From assembly GCA_965223265.1 (NCBI GenBank), contig OZ244999.1, positions 3,168,001 through 3,232,000 of the forward strand: 64,000 bases of DNA. Reading direction: 5' to 3'. How positions within the stretch are numbered: the first letter of the stretch is position 1; every line of letters begins with the position of its first letter. Below are positions 48,123 through 57,597 of this stretch, piece by piece. The notes beneath the pieces are model-generated. The model saw only the letters and a list, made by a program, of their open reading frames with translations. It did not search any database and was not told the DNA's origin. Origin of the DNA: Planctomycetota bacterium (GTDB taxonomy: Bacteria; Planctomycetota; UBA8108; SXIK01). The translations under genes and the position numbers were made by a program.

Positions 48123-51100
48123 TCACGTCTCGCAGGGAGCCGTCGGACACTCCATGAGCGCGTCGTCGCTCGAGTCTTCGCCGCAGTTCGGGTATGGCGC
48201 CGGTAGGGGGGACGCGCCACGGAACAGAAAGAGCAGGACGCGAATGCCATCGCTGACGTTCAGGCGGCCGGAATCGTCAGCATCGGCAGCATCTTCGCAG
48301 GCAACGCCCGCGGTGCCGCGGAAGAGGAAATTGAGTACGGTGAGTGCGTCGTCGAGCGTCACGGAGCCGTCGCCGTTGGCGTCGCCACGAATGAAGCCGC
48401 GGTTTGAAGTCGCGGTCACGGGCGCGAAGACACCCCTCTTGAAGCCGACGTAGTCGATGTCAATGGCGCCGAAGTCCGTGCGATTGGCAAGGCCAACTTC
48501 GAGGTACGTGCCTTCGAATCCCGTCTCCGTACCGGACGACGGCAAACGCAGCGTCGCGTCAGAACGAGGCTCCGATTCTCCGTTCAAGTAGAGGCGGACG
48601 CGATGCTCGTCGCCTGCTGGCTCGATCGTGATCCACATCGATTGGAATTCGCTCATCGACACGTCGACTGACTCACGCGTCGAGCTGTGGAGCTGGCCTT
48701 CGTCGAGCCAAAGAGCGTAGTGCACTCGCGCGGTCGAACTGCGGTGGGCGATACCGACCTGACCGCGTACCGGGGTGCCGGGCTCTTGCCCTTTTGCGGC
48801 CGGATTGACGCGAAGCCGAGCGACGAGAGTCACACCGTCCGCGAAATCGTTTGTCTCTCCAAGCGGGCGCAGAAAGATCAGGCGGCTGTTGTCGAGCTCT
48901 CGATCTACAGGAGATTCGGGATCCTCCAGACTGAGAACGGTTGCCGGACCGTTGTCCTCAGCCATCTCTGAAAGGACGCGAACTTCGACACCGCCTGGGC
49001 TGCCTTCTTCTGGTGCACTGCCGTCCCAAGTGCTGAGGCTTGACGAGATCCAAGTGCCGTCGAGCAGCGGCGCCACCGGATTGAGTCGCGCGTCCGAGAA
49101 TTGATCGGCCCCGACGCTCGCGTCGTAGAGATAATCGAAACCCTCGGGGGGGCGCAGCCAGCCGCCCAGCTGGTTCTGTGCTGGCACGTCGACCACTAAC
49201 TCCGCGGCCGTTTCGGAGGCGACACCGGCGCCGTTGATCGCCACCACTTCATAGCGATGCTGAGCACCCGGCGTCACTGTGACGTCGACGAATTCCTCGC
49301 CATCGATCAGATCGCCAGTCAACAGGACGCCGTCGCGGAAGATTCTATAGCCGAGGACTCCTGAGTCGGGATCCGAGCTGCCGCTCCAGCGAATCACGAC
49401 CGAGCGAAATCCAACGTGGGAGCTCTCTACCAGAGAGGGCGAGGCTGGGCCGCTCGTGTCCGCGGGACCGATCTTGAACTCGGTCGGATCGGAAAGATAG
49501 CTCCAGCGTCCGCTCGAGTCGAGGTGAGCGGCGCGGAACAGATACGAGCCGTCTTCGAGCATGAGGTCGTCCGGAAGCGTCACTGAAAGTAGATCTGCAT
49601 CGCTTTCGAAGTCCCACAGGGGCTCAACCCAGTCGCCTGACGCGCTGATGAGAAGCCAACGAGACGCAGCGTGTGTGTCGCCTGCATCGGGGTCGACGAA
49701 GGCGCGGGTCTTGAGCACGATCGGAGGTGACTGCACGGCACCTGTGAACGGCTCCGTATTAACTGGCGTGCGCGGAATCGTCGGGTCGACGAACAACGGC
49801 AACAGTGTTCGGCGCAGCGCGTCGCTTTCACCAACAAGCATGTCAGCGTTTTCTTCAACGCGGCGCGTTCCCCAGCGATCGACGTCGGCGTCGGCGATCT
49901 CTTTGATCAGGGAAGTCCAATCCGACAGGATTTGTCGCAGCCGATCTTCCCCATAAGCTACCTGCCAGAGAAAACGAAAACGATTTTCGAATTCAATCGG
50001 GAAGAAGCGAAGCGCACGCTGCAGCGGCTCCTCACCACTCGTGTTGGAAAACGCGCCATCGAGATCCCACGGCAGCACTTCCCACTTCGCAGACTCGCTG
50101 TCAAAGTAGTAGAAGTAGTTCTTCAAGCTGTCCATGTCGTTGTTGTTTGTCAGCTCCGTGGCGGTACGGAACGACAAGTATCGGTGGATATCCAGGTTCT
50201 GCTCGAAGAACGCCTGGTCACCGCTCGACGAGAGCGCAACGTCAAGGAACGAATCGACGTCGCTGCGATCGAGTGGATCGCAGTCGGAATGCTGTTTGTC
50301 GGGAAAGCCTCGGAATTTGTAGATACTCGAAGCTTCGTCGGTGGGGCGTCCTTGGTCCCGCAGCATGACTTTGTCGATGCCCTGGAGATCCAGGTAGAGC
50401 CCGAAGAGGTCGCCGTCGCGCTGCCCGGTCTCGTTTGGAGTATCGACGATGCGGAGATGGACGAACGTCGTCTGACTCGCCATCACCCCACAGTCACGGT
50501 AAACCTTGAGGGCCAAGCTCTCGACCAGTCCAGAATTCTCAGCGCGCACGATGTTGGCCTTTGACCGCCTGTTCGGATATCGCTCACCGTTGTTGAAGCG
50601 GCCGCGAAATCGGTTTCCCTTGTTGAATTTGATCTTCCAACTCCGTTTCGCGGAGCCGAAGCGGCTTGTGATCGATCCGCGTAGGCGCACGCCGACATGA
50701 TCGTAAACACGCCCTTCGTGTACGAACGTCACCCTGTGACGGTAGAGACTGAACATGTCTTCGGGGATTACCTCGAACTGCACCTGTTCGATGTCGTCGG
50801 GATGTCCGACGATAAAGTAGACTGGGACTTTGTCGAGATTTGTGTGCGTGAACCCGCTTTCTCCGAAGGCGCTGTTCGTCGCGACGTAGTCTGGAATTCC
50901 GTCGTAGACGAAGTAGCCGAAGTTTGGTTCTGGATCGTTCGCGAACGGCGCTACGCTTTCGAGTGCCGACGTGGCGAGGTCGGTCGCGCGTACGCGGTAG
51001 CGGACCAGAGTGCGATGTGGCTGTGCGGGAACGGTGGCGACGTGCTTGCCGAGGTCTGCGTCGTATGACATCGGCAGCGAGGTCCAGTCGGTCTCAAACG

Positions 51101-52448
51101 TTGGATCCGTGCGGCGAATGTAGGCGCCCGGCGCCATGTGCTGATACTCGAGAGTGACGTTCGCGACACCTTGTCGGTCAGCGACCCGAGCCTCTATGCG
51201 CACGGCGTCTGTGGACAGGATCTCGTCACGATCGAGTTCGGCAGCGGGGCGTGCTTCGACGCCCGTGATCTGGGGGCCGACGTTGTCGCCAGCGGCTTCG
51301 AACGCAGCGGTCGCCGAGTTGAGGGCGCCGGCCGTGCCGTTGAAGTCGAAGCTCTCTCGCCATGCCTGGCCGCGATCGTTGTCGCTCAGCGGGTCGATGA
51401 GCTCGAGCGAGCCGCGCAGACCGTCCGGGTTGATTGGCCAGGGTGGTTGGTCGTTGAAATCGACGAAGTCAGCGACTCGCTCTTCGGCGTCGAACAGCAC
51501 GACGTCGCCGCCGCCGTTTGGCAGTTCGCCACTGTATGGTCCGACCGCATCGGCGTCGGCGCCGAAGCGCGCTCGAAAGGCTGATTCATCGTGGAAGACG
51601 ACTAAGTGTTCGCCCGCTGCGATCGACGTTCCCGCGGGAAAGGTGAATTGAATCTCGTCCCCAAGTCGCCAGCCAGAAAGATCGACGGCGGTGTCGCCGC
51701 GGTTGAAGAGCTCCAGGAACTCTTCATCCGGACAGTGGCGCAGTGTTCGCTCGTCAGGGTCTTTGACGGGGTGGTAGAGGATCTCGTTGATCACGACGGC
51801 GTGACGCGCGGGGATCTCACCGGCACGCGAGTTGGCGGCCCCCGGCGTACCCATGAGGTTGGACGCCACGCTGGCGGCGAAGTTTGAAAAGTCCGTGATG
51901 TCTTCGGTGGCTGAGATGCGTTCAAGCGTCGAACCTTCGGCGTCGGCTAGCGGATCCCACGGTAGATCATCGCCATACTCGAGGCGATCAACGAGCTCCC
52001 CGGCTGGGTTGAACAAACGGATGACGTCGCCGCCGTTACTGAGCGGGAACGAGACGTTTCCGATGACCGGGAGACCGCTCCCATAGCGTTCACGCATTGC
52101 CGCTGCGTTACGGGCTAACACCAAGAAGCCACCAGCGGGAAGAACGGTCCCCGAAGGAATGCCGAATTGGGGGTTCGAGCTGTCGTCGTCAAGGCTCCAG
52201 CCGCCGACGTCGACGGGAGAGTCAGTGCGGTTGAGGAGCTCGACGAACTCGAAGTCGTCGTCGGAGCCGAACTCACGTGGCGGATTATAATTTACTTCGT
52301 TGATGACGATCGGCCCGCCAGGAGCTAGATCTGTCGCGTACAACTTTTGGCCGCCGAGGGTGATGGCGACGACGGACGAGCAAAGCGCGATCAACGAGAG
52401 CGCGATGAAACCTGGTCGGTCGCCCGACCAATCTGTTGGTGTTCTCAT
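48123..52448 (-). CDS. Secreted CotH-family kinase with two lamin-tail domains, FN3-like and C-terminal dockerin-like domains
   Basis: IVINEVNYNP / VVINEILYHP (LTD); VRLRG..KRSWKIKF, D..KNYFYY..LPWDLD (CotH); YRIFRDG..YEVVAIN (FN3); FIRGDANGDG..DADDSG. Confidence 0.85.
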   Translation of the reverse strand: MRTPTDWSGDRPGFIALSLIALCSSVVAITLGGQKLYATDLAPGGPIVINEVNYNPPREFGSDDDFEFVELLNRTDSPVDVGGWSLDDDSSNPQFGIPSGTVLPAGGFLVLARNAAAMRERYGSGLPVIGNVSFPLSNGGDVIRLFNPAGELVDRLEYGDDLPWDPLADAEGSTLERISATEDITDFSNFAASVASNLMGTPGAANSRAGEIPARHAVVINEILYHPVKDPDERTLRHCPDEEFLELFNRGDTAVDLSGWRLGDEIQFTFPAGTSIAAGEHLVVFHDESAFRARFGADADAVGPYSGELPNGGGDVVLFDAEERVADFVDFNDQPPWPINPDGLRGSLELIDPLSDNDRGQAWRESFDFNGTAGALNSATAAFEAAGDNVGPQITGVEARPAAELDRDEILSTDAVRIEARVADRQGVANVTLEYQHMAPGAYIRRTDPTFETDWTSLPMSYDADLGKHVATVPAQPHRTLVRYRVRATDLATSALESVAPFANDPEPNFGYFVYDGIPDYVATNSAFGESGFTHTNLDKVPVYFIVGHPDDIEQVQFEVIPEDMFSLYRHRVTFVHEGRVYDHVGVRLRGSITSRFGSAKRSWKIKFNKGNRFRGRFNNGERYPNRRSKANIVRAENSGLVESLALKVYRDCGVMASQTTFVHLRIVDTPNETGQRDGDLFGLYLDLQGIDKVMLRDQGRPTDEASSIYKFRGFPDKQHSDCDPLDRSDVDSFLDVALSSSGDQAFFEQNLDIHRYLSFRTATELTNNNDMDSLKNYFYYFDSESAKWEVLPWDLDGAFSNTSGEEPLQRALRFFPIEFENRFRFLWQVAYGEDRLRQILSDWTSLIKEIADADVDRWGTRRVEENADMLVGESDALRRTLLPLFVDPTIPRTPVNTEPFTGAVQSPPIVLKTRAFVDPDAGDTHAASRWLLISASGDWVEPLWDFESDADLLSVTLPDDLMLEDGSYLFRAAHLDSSGRWSYLSDPTEFKIGPADTSGPASPSLVESSHVGFRSVVIRWSGSSDPDSGVLGYRIFRDGVLLTGDLIDGEEFVDVTVTPGAQHRYEVVAINGAGVASETAAELVVDVPAQNQLGGWLRPPEGFDYLYDASVGADQFSDARLNPVAPLLDGTWISSSLSTWDGSAPEEGSPGGVEVRVLSEMAEDNGPATVLSLEDPESPVDRELDNSRLIFLRPLGETNDFADGVTLVARLRVNPAAKGQEPGTPVRGQVGIAHRSSTARVHYALWLDEGQLHSSTRESVDVSMSEFQSMWITIEPAGDEHRVRLYLNGESEPRSDATLRLPSSGTETGFEGTYLEVGLANRTDFGAIDIDYVGFKRGVFAPVTATSNRGFIRGDANGDGSVTLDDALTVLNFLFRGTAGVACEDAADADDSGRLNVSDGIRVLLFLFRGASPLPAPYPNCGEDSSDDALMECPTAPCET

Positions 52449-52703
52449 GTTTCCTCGGCTGGCGATGTCATGAGCGTCGACGGTACGTCTTCGCAGAACT
52501 CCCGACGATTCCCGTCCCTTGCAGAGATTTTGACCCCCGAAGAAAGCAAGCTTAACCCGAAGACCGCTAACCTATCTACATTGCGTTAGTTGGCTGCGGT
52601 GGGGCGGCTGCTCGTCCACCCGCGCCACCGCCGCTTGAGTCCGCCCCTGAGAGCCTCTGAGGCGCGAGTTCGCTGAGTTCGCTGCGGCCCGGACGCAAGC
52701 CTA

Positions 52704-52884
52704 ACAGCCTGCCTGAAAAGTGCTTCGAGTCGAAAACTGGTCGCTTCGCGTCCAGATCGGTCGCGGCGAACGTAGGTAATCTCCGAGCCCTCTTTTATAA
52801 GATATACACGGCGAGGCACGCCGCGGTCGATCTGGGCGTGAAGAGGCCAGTTTCTCGGCCGAAGGACTTTTTCAGGCGGGCTGC
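52704..52884 (-). mobile_element. Hairpin MITE-like element (long variant, inverted)
   Basis: TA|ACAGCCTGCCTGAAAAGTGC ... ACTTTTTCAGGCGGGCTGC|TA; near reverse complement of the 43052 copy including the insert; followed by AGCTAAGCTAAC. Confidence 0.85.
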
Positions 52885-53199
52885 TAAGCTAAGCTAACAC
52901 TCATATGCATGAGAGCGGCCAGCATTCAGAGCCCGAACGTGGCGCAAATGAGTGCCAACTCGGCTCTTCGACGCATAACGGAAACTCGTCGAGGCACCTA
53001 CATCGCGGATTTTTTCGGGCTCACTTTCCCGAACCGACTGTCGTCCACCCGCGATGCGGTCGAAAGCCGCGACGGGACACCGTGCGGTCGGTGCGGCGGT
53101 TTGTCACGGCGGCGTGGTGTGACGACTCGGGACGCCGTGAAGCCGGGCCGAGGTCCGAACCGGCGTCAAGGCGTCCCGGAGTTGCGATCGACTAGTTTC

Positions 53200-54405
53200 C
53201 TAACGCGTGGACAAGTAGACTTGGCCGCGGATCTCGCCGCCAGGGAAGTCGTCCGTGTGAAGATTGATGTAGATCCCGCCGCCGACGGTTTCCGCAACGA
53301 GGGCGGCGAACGGATCGTCGGTTTCGCCGAGCGGTCCAACGACGTTGTCGCTGCCAACGCGGGCGAGTATGACCCCGCCACCGTGCGCGTCTTGGACCAC
53401 TCGGCCGTTCGCGACGAGGTCAACGACGACCGGTCCGTTCTGGCCTGCTGGTCCGACGTGCAGGTGTGCTGCTGCTAGCGGGCCGCTCAGGCCGCGGAAG
53501 CGAACGAGCACCGCGAGTTTCTTGCCGCCTCGGGAGAGCAGCAGAAGCGATCGACCGCTGCCCGAAGAGTCGACAGGTGGATCCTGGACTTCCTGTCCCG
53601 GGTCGAGGCGCGAGTGGCCGAGGTGTGGGCGTGCGAGGTCCAGCAGCGTCAGGCGGACGCCGAGCATCTCGTAGTCCGGCGCCAGGAAGTTGGCGCCTGC
53701 GAACATTGGGTCGTCCAGAATCCCGCCTGAGCCGGGAGCAAGAAAACCAGGATGGGCAGATACAGGCTCGGCCGTCGTCACCCCCGTGTCGGGTGTCGCC
53801 TGGCCGAAAAACGCGGTGCTTTCTGCGGCTTCGTCATTGAGCTCGGTGCCTGCGTCGTTCACCGCGCTGCCGGGGACCACGAACGGCTCGGCAACGAAAC
53901 GCCCATCGCCGTCGAAGACAGGGTGCGCCGTTGGGCCGCCGTTGGCGATGAAAGCATCGTTACTTGGAATGACCATGCTGACGTAGCTGAAGTACCGATG
54001 CTCCGCCGGGTTGACCTCGAACATCCGGCTGACGACTTGCCCGGGTGCGAGCGGGGGGATGGGGCCGTTCGATGCGATCACGCCCTGGGCGCCGGCCGGA
54101 GCTACAGTTGAGAAGTCGGCGCTGATGGGACCCGGGTTGCCGTCCTCAGCGATCCGCTCGAGCGCTGTAGAGCCGGCGATCGGCAGCGTATTCGCAAGTG
54201 CGCCGCCGTCGTAGGAGTCGAACGATCCGGAGTGAAACCCGACCCAGACAGGGGTCTGAAACGTACCACTGGCCGGGGCGCGATTCTCTAGCGTCACCAC
54301 CACCGCGGGACGGCTCCGAGACAATTGGTGGTGCCTCATTTCCGGTTCGGCGTGAACCATTGGCGTGAAACCAATCGCGGCGGCGAGAAGGAATCCAGAG
54401 CGCAT
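53200..54405 (-). CDS. Secreted spondin-domain + CHRD-domain protein
   Basis: Signal peptide; TPVWVGFH, ERIAEDGN, SMVIPSNDAF, DAGTELNDE (spondin_N); AAHLHVGPAGQNGPVV, YINLHTDDFPGGEIRGQ (CHRD); AGGAGG RBS. Confidence 0.88.
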   Translation of the reverse strand: MRSGFLLAAAIGFTPMVHAEPEMRHHQLSRSRPAVVVTLENRAPASGTFQTPVWVGFHSGSFDSYDGGALANTLPIAGSTALERIAEDGNPGPISADFSTVAPAGAQGVIASNGPIPPLAPGQVVSRMFEVNPAEHRYFSYVSMVIPSNDAFIANGGPTAHPVFDGDGRFVAEPFVVPGSAVNDAGTELNDEAAESTAFFGQATPDTGVTTAEPVSAHPGFLAPGSGGILDDPMFAGANFLAPDYEMLGVRLTLLDLARPHLGHSRLDPGQEVQDPPVDSSGSGRSLLLLSRGGKKLAVLVRFRGLSGPLAAAHLHVGPAGQNGPVVVDLVANGRVVQDAHGGGVILARVGSDNVVGPLGETDDPFAALVAETVGGGIYINLHTDDFPGGEIRGQVYLSTR

Positions 54406-54436
54406 GGTGGGACCTCCTAAGGCTGAATTTCGACTA

Positions 54437-54481
54437 ACAACCCGTTGAAACCGTCAATCGATTCACTTTTCAACCGGCTGC
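54437..54481. repeat. Mini (TIR-only) derivative of the MITE-like family
   Basis: TA|ACAACCCGTTGAAA-N16-TTTTCAACCGGCTGC|TA, 45 bp. Confidence 0.7.
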
Positions 54482-54540
54482 TAACGCCGCGAGTTGGCTG
54501 AGCCCGCATCGAACTTCGAGGCACCGCTGCTCGCCGATTC

Positions 54541-54597
54541 ATACGCCGCGACGTTTTCGTGGTAACATTTGCCGGAGACCCTCGCGTGGTTACATTT
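54541..54597 (-). promoter_or_regulatory. Candidate ECF promoter / operator direct repeat
   Basis: CGTGGT(A/T)ACATTT repeated at 54558 and 54585; on the minus strand TGTTAC-N16-CGTA points to the spondin-CHRD gene. Confidence 0.4.
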
Positions 54598-54624
54598 TTC
54601 CTCAAAAAAACTTCGAAGGCTGAG

Positions 54625-55251
54625 ATGCTTGAGCGACTCTTCGGTCTGTCGGTACGCCTGCAGCGTGGTCGAGCTGATGGTGCTCGGCATGCATCCGACG
54701 ACGAAGCCGCGTTGCGGGGGATGATGGCTGGCTATCTGGCCGGCGACGCGTCGGCGTTCGAGGCGCTCTATGCACGGTTGGAGCCGGAGATGCGTTTTTA
54801 CTTGTCAGCGCTCGCGCGCGGAGCGGCGCCGATCGAGGATCTCATGCAGGAAGTTTTCTTGCAGTTGCATCGCTCAAGGCATACATACTCCTCGACACGT
54901 CCACTGCGGCCGTGGCTCTTTGCGATCGCCCGTCATGTGTTTAAGATGTGGTTACGAACGTCATCGCGACGGTTAACGCGGGAGAAACGCTACGTCGCTA
55001 CGCGAGCTCAAGAGGTGAGCGAAGACCGGTCGTTAGAGCACCACGAACTGGTGGTGCGTGCGATCGACCTGCTCTCACCGAAGCAGCGTGAGCCGGTTTT
55101 CTTGCACCACGTCCTTGGTTTGACGTTCTCCGAGATCGGCGCTCTTCTCGGAATTCGCGCTGTAACAGCCAAGGTCCGCGCGCACCGAGGACTAACGTAC
55201 TTGCGTCGCCATGCTGAAAACGTCCTGGAGGTCGACGGAACGAAGCCGTGA
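54625..55251 (+). CDS. ECF RNA polymerase sigma factor
   Basis: GDASAFEALY, EDLMQEVFL, PWLFAIAR, GLTFSEIG..TAKVRAHRG; start uncertain (54625 or 54721). Confidence 0.9.
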   Translation: MLERLFGLSVRLQRGRADGARHASDDEAALRGMMAGYLAGDASAFEALYARLEPEMRFYLSALARGAAPIEDLMQEVFLQLHRSRHTYSSTRPLRPWLFAIARHVFKMWLRTSSRRLTREKRYVATRAQEVSEDRSLEHHELVVRAIDLLSPKQREPVFLHHVLGLTFSEIGALLGIRAVTAKVRAHRGLTYLRRHAENVLEVDGTKP

Positions 55252-55928
55252 ATGTAGAGAGCCACATCAAAGCACGTATCCTAGGCGACCTGACTCCCGT
55301 CGAGCCGCTAGCACCGAGCTGGCGGCGAACGCTCTTCCTGGTGCCGTGGATTGGGTTCGTGGCACTGGTGATCGCGGCGGCAGGGATGCGGCCAGACATG
55401 GAGGCGCTTGGAGTTGGATGGTCGTGGGGCGCGTCCGGGCTCTTCGTCGCTTTTGGGACGATACTCTTCTTTGTGGCGATCCGAGAGACCGTTCCCGGCG
55501 CAGGTTTTTCCACCACGACTGTTTGGTCGGCGATGGCTCTCTTGCTCGGAGCGCAAACCGTCGTTGCCGCTGCGCTGCATCACGATCACCCGGCATCGAT
55601 TCCCGCAGGCGAGGAATTGAAGATGGCCGGTGCTTGCCTTGGCGCGATCGGCTTGCTCGCGCTGCCGGCACTGACGTTAGGCTGCTTCTTGGCTCAGCGT
55701 GCTCTGCCCTCGCGGCCAGCGCTCTGCGGTGTCGTGTTTGGCGTGAGTGTTGTCGCGATCGTGGAGGGGTGTTGGCGACTTCACTGTCCTTTCACCGACC
55801 CTGGGCACCTGGTCGTGGCTCACGCGGGAGTGTACGGGCTTGGGCTTCTCGGGGCTGCGGTTCTCTCCTCGGGCGCGAACCGCCGCTACCGTCGCCTGCA
55901 CACCGAGACGCGGCTGCGTTCTGATTGA
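55248..55928 (+). CDS. NrsF/DUF1109-like membrane anti-sigma factor
   Basis: GTGA overlap with the sigma gene; DLTPV.PL, GMRPD, about 6 TM, conserved Cys (ACL) and LHCP..HLVVAH. Confidence 0.8.
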   Translation: MNVESHIKARILGDLTPVEPLAPSWRRTLFLVPWIGFVALVIAAAGMRPDMEALGVGWSWGASGLFVAFGTILFFVAIRETVPGAGFSTTTVWSAMALLLGAQTVVAAALHHDHPASIPAGEELKMAGACLGAIGLLALPALTLGCFLAQRALPSRPALCGVVFGVSVVAIVEGCWRLHCPFTDPGHLVVAHAGVYGLGLLGAAVLSSGANRRYRRLHTETRLRSD

Positions 55929-56200
55929 TCGCACGCCTTTGAGGTGTCGGCCACGTGACTCGACACGCTCCGGGAAAACGCCGAGCCCGTGGAGCGACCA
56001 CAGGACCCAATACACCACCCCGCTACCGATTGGTGATTCGGCAGTTGATGAGAAAAACAGGATCGCCGCGTCTCTGCGCCGCGCACGAGTTTCGCCAGAA
56101 GCCGAGTCGTCGTCCGCGGACTTCGCCCGGCAAACGCGATCGTCTTGCGGCAGAAACTCATGTGCACGCGAGAAAGAGCGCCGAGGGATCTTCCCCTTCT

Positions 56201-56500
56201 CTAGTAGCGACCTCCGCCGCCGCCTGGCCGGCCTCCGCCGCCTCCGCCGCCGCGCCGATCGCCGCGGTCCTGCGCCTCGTTGACGCGCAGATTGCGTCCG
56301 CCGAACTCGTAACCGTCAAGAGCGTTCTTAGCCTCGTCGGCACTCTCCATTTCGACGAAACCGAATCCCCGCGGTCTCCCTGTCTCGCGATCCGAGATCA
56401 GTCGAACAGAGTGGACCTCGCCGTACTGCGCGAAAAGATCGCGCACTTCGTCTTCGGTGGCGCTGAAGGGTAGATTCCCGACATAAAGCTTCTGAGCCAT
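56201..56500 (-). CDS. RRM RNA-binding protein with Gly-rich tail
   Basis: KLYVGNL (RNP2), RGFGFVEM (RNP1), LRVNEA, GGGGRY tail; start MAQK at 56500. Confidence 0.95.
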   Translation of the reverse strand: MAQKLYVGNLPFSATEDEVRDLFAQYGEVHSVRLISDRETGRPRGFGFVEMESADEAKNALDGYEFGGRNLRVNEAQDRGDRRGGGGGGGRPGGGGGRY

Positions 56501-57162
56501 GGAACTGGGCTCCGCAAAAAAAGAAACAGAAAAAATGGAAGAAGGCATGGCTCGAATCCTTGCGCGTGGGGAAACTGCATCCCCTGCATCAGAAACGGGC
56601 CTGGTGCCGAATCGATCAACTTTTTGACTCTGCGACGAGGTCGCGCTGCCGACGTTTGCCGACCAGCTGCCGGACTCGTGCTTCCGGCGCTCGCGCTGAA
56701 GTCGATTGCTGCCGGGGGCCTACCGCCTCAAAAAGTCAGATCGAAGATCAACGAACGGTTTCGTCGACGCGACTCGGCGCACGCCTCCGCGCCTCTGTCT
56801 CGATCCAGCCTCTTGAAGAAAGACCCTCTTCAGGGCGTTTTCAGCGACCGGTCGCGAGAGAGGTCCACAGAAGGTTCGCCGCCGACGCGAAACTCGTTCC
56901 ATTGCGTGCTGCGACGCGCTTTCAAAGCGGGTCAGGACCCGCGAACAGCTTTATCGGGTCAGTATTTAGCTATTTCTCAGCTTTTCGGTCTAGGGTGCGG
57001 TTCATCCGCACGCCGCTCGAGCTGTCTTTGGGGCAGTTGCGTCCTCCAAGACAGTCGGTACCTTCAGGGGCCGTCTTCGCTCCGACCGGTCGTCGCCCCC
57101 ACGGTCGCCGGGTCGGATTTCACTGTTCCACGAGTTTGCCGCGAACTTTGGCGAAGAGGAGA

Positions 57163-57187
57163 AACCCCCGGTCGTTACCAGGGGGTT
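57163..57187 (-). terminator. Probable terminator hairpin downstream of tRNA-Asn
   Basis: AACCCCC/GGGGGTT stem 16 nt after the tRNA CCA; weak pyrimidine tail. Confidence 0.5.
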
Positions 57188-57203
57188 CGCTCGATCGAAA
57201 TTC

Positions 57204-57279
57204 TGGCTCCCCAGCTTGGACTCGAACCAAGAACCAAGTGGTTAACAGCCACCTACTCTACCAATTGAGCTACTGGGGA
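57204..57279 (-). tRNA. tRNA-Asn (GTT)
   Basis: TCCCCAG-TAGCTCAATTGGTAGAG..GTGG CT GTT AA CCAC..GGTTCGAGTCC..CTGGGGA-GCCA; 76 nt, encoded CCA. Confidence 0.97.
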
Positions 57280-57305
57280 TCGGTTTACTCGTACAAACAC
57301 TAAAA

Positions 57306-57333
57306 AATATACGGCTGGCGCTGCCGCTGTCAA
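57306..57333 (-). promoter_or_regulatory. Sigma70-type promoter for tRNA-Asn
   Basis: Minus strand TTGACA-N16-TATATT, 26 nt upstream of the tRNA 5' end. Confidence 0.7.
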
Positions 57334-57597
57334 GCGAGTCGCCGTCCGAATCCGGCTCGAATCCGCGCCTGCGGGACTCTAGTTGTCATAGCGGCGAGCG
57401 GCGCGATCTCAAAACCAGCTCGAGACTTCCCACCTCGCCTGGGGTTTCATCGACAGACCGTTTGAGAACGTCTTTGAGCGGAAAACTGACGGTGCGGACG
57501 GACCGGACAGCTCGCGCGGGCGGAATCGACAAACGGAAACTGAACCGGGAAGAAACTGGCCGAGTATTGATCTATCGGCAGGACACGGTGTTTGGTC

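Noticed and set aside
57204-57279. tRNA-anchored genomic island or prophage
   Set aside because: No integrase and no duplicated tRNA 3' end seen in the window.
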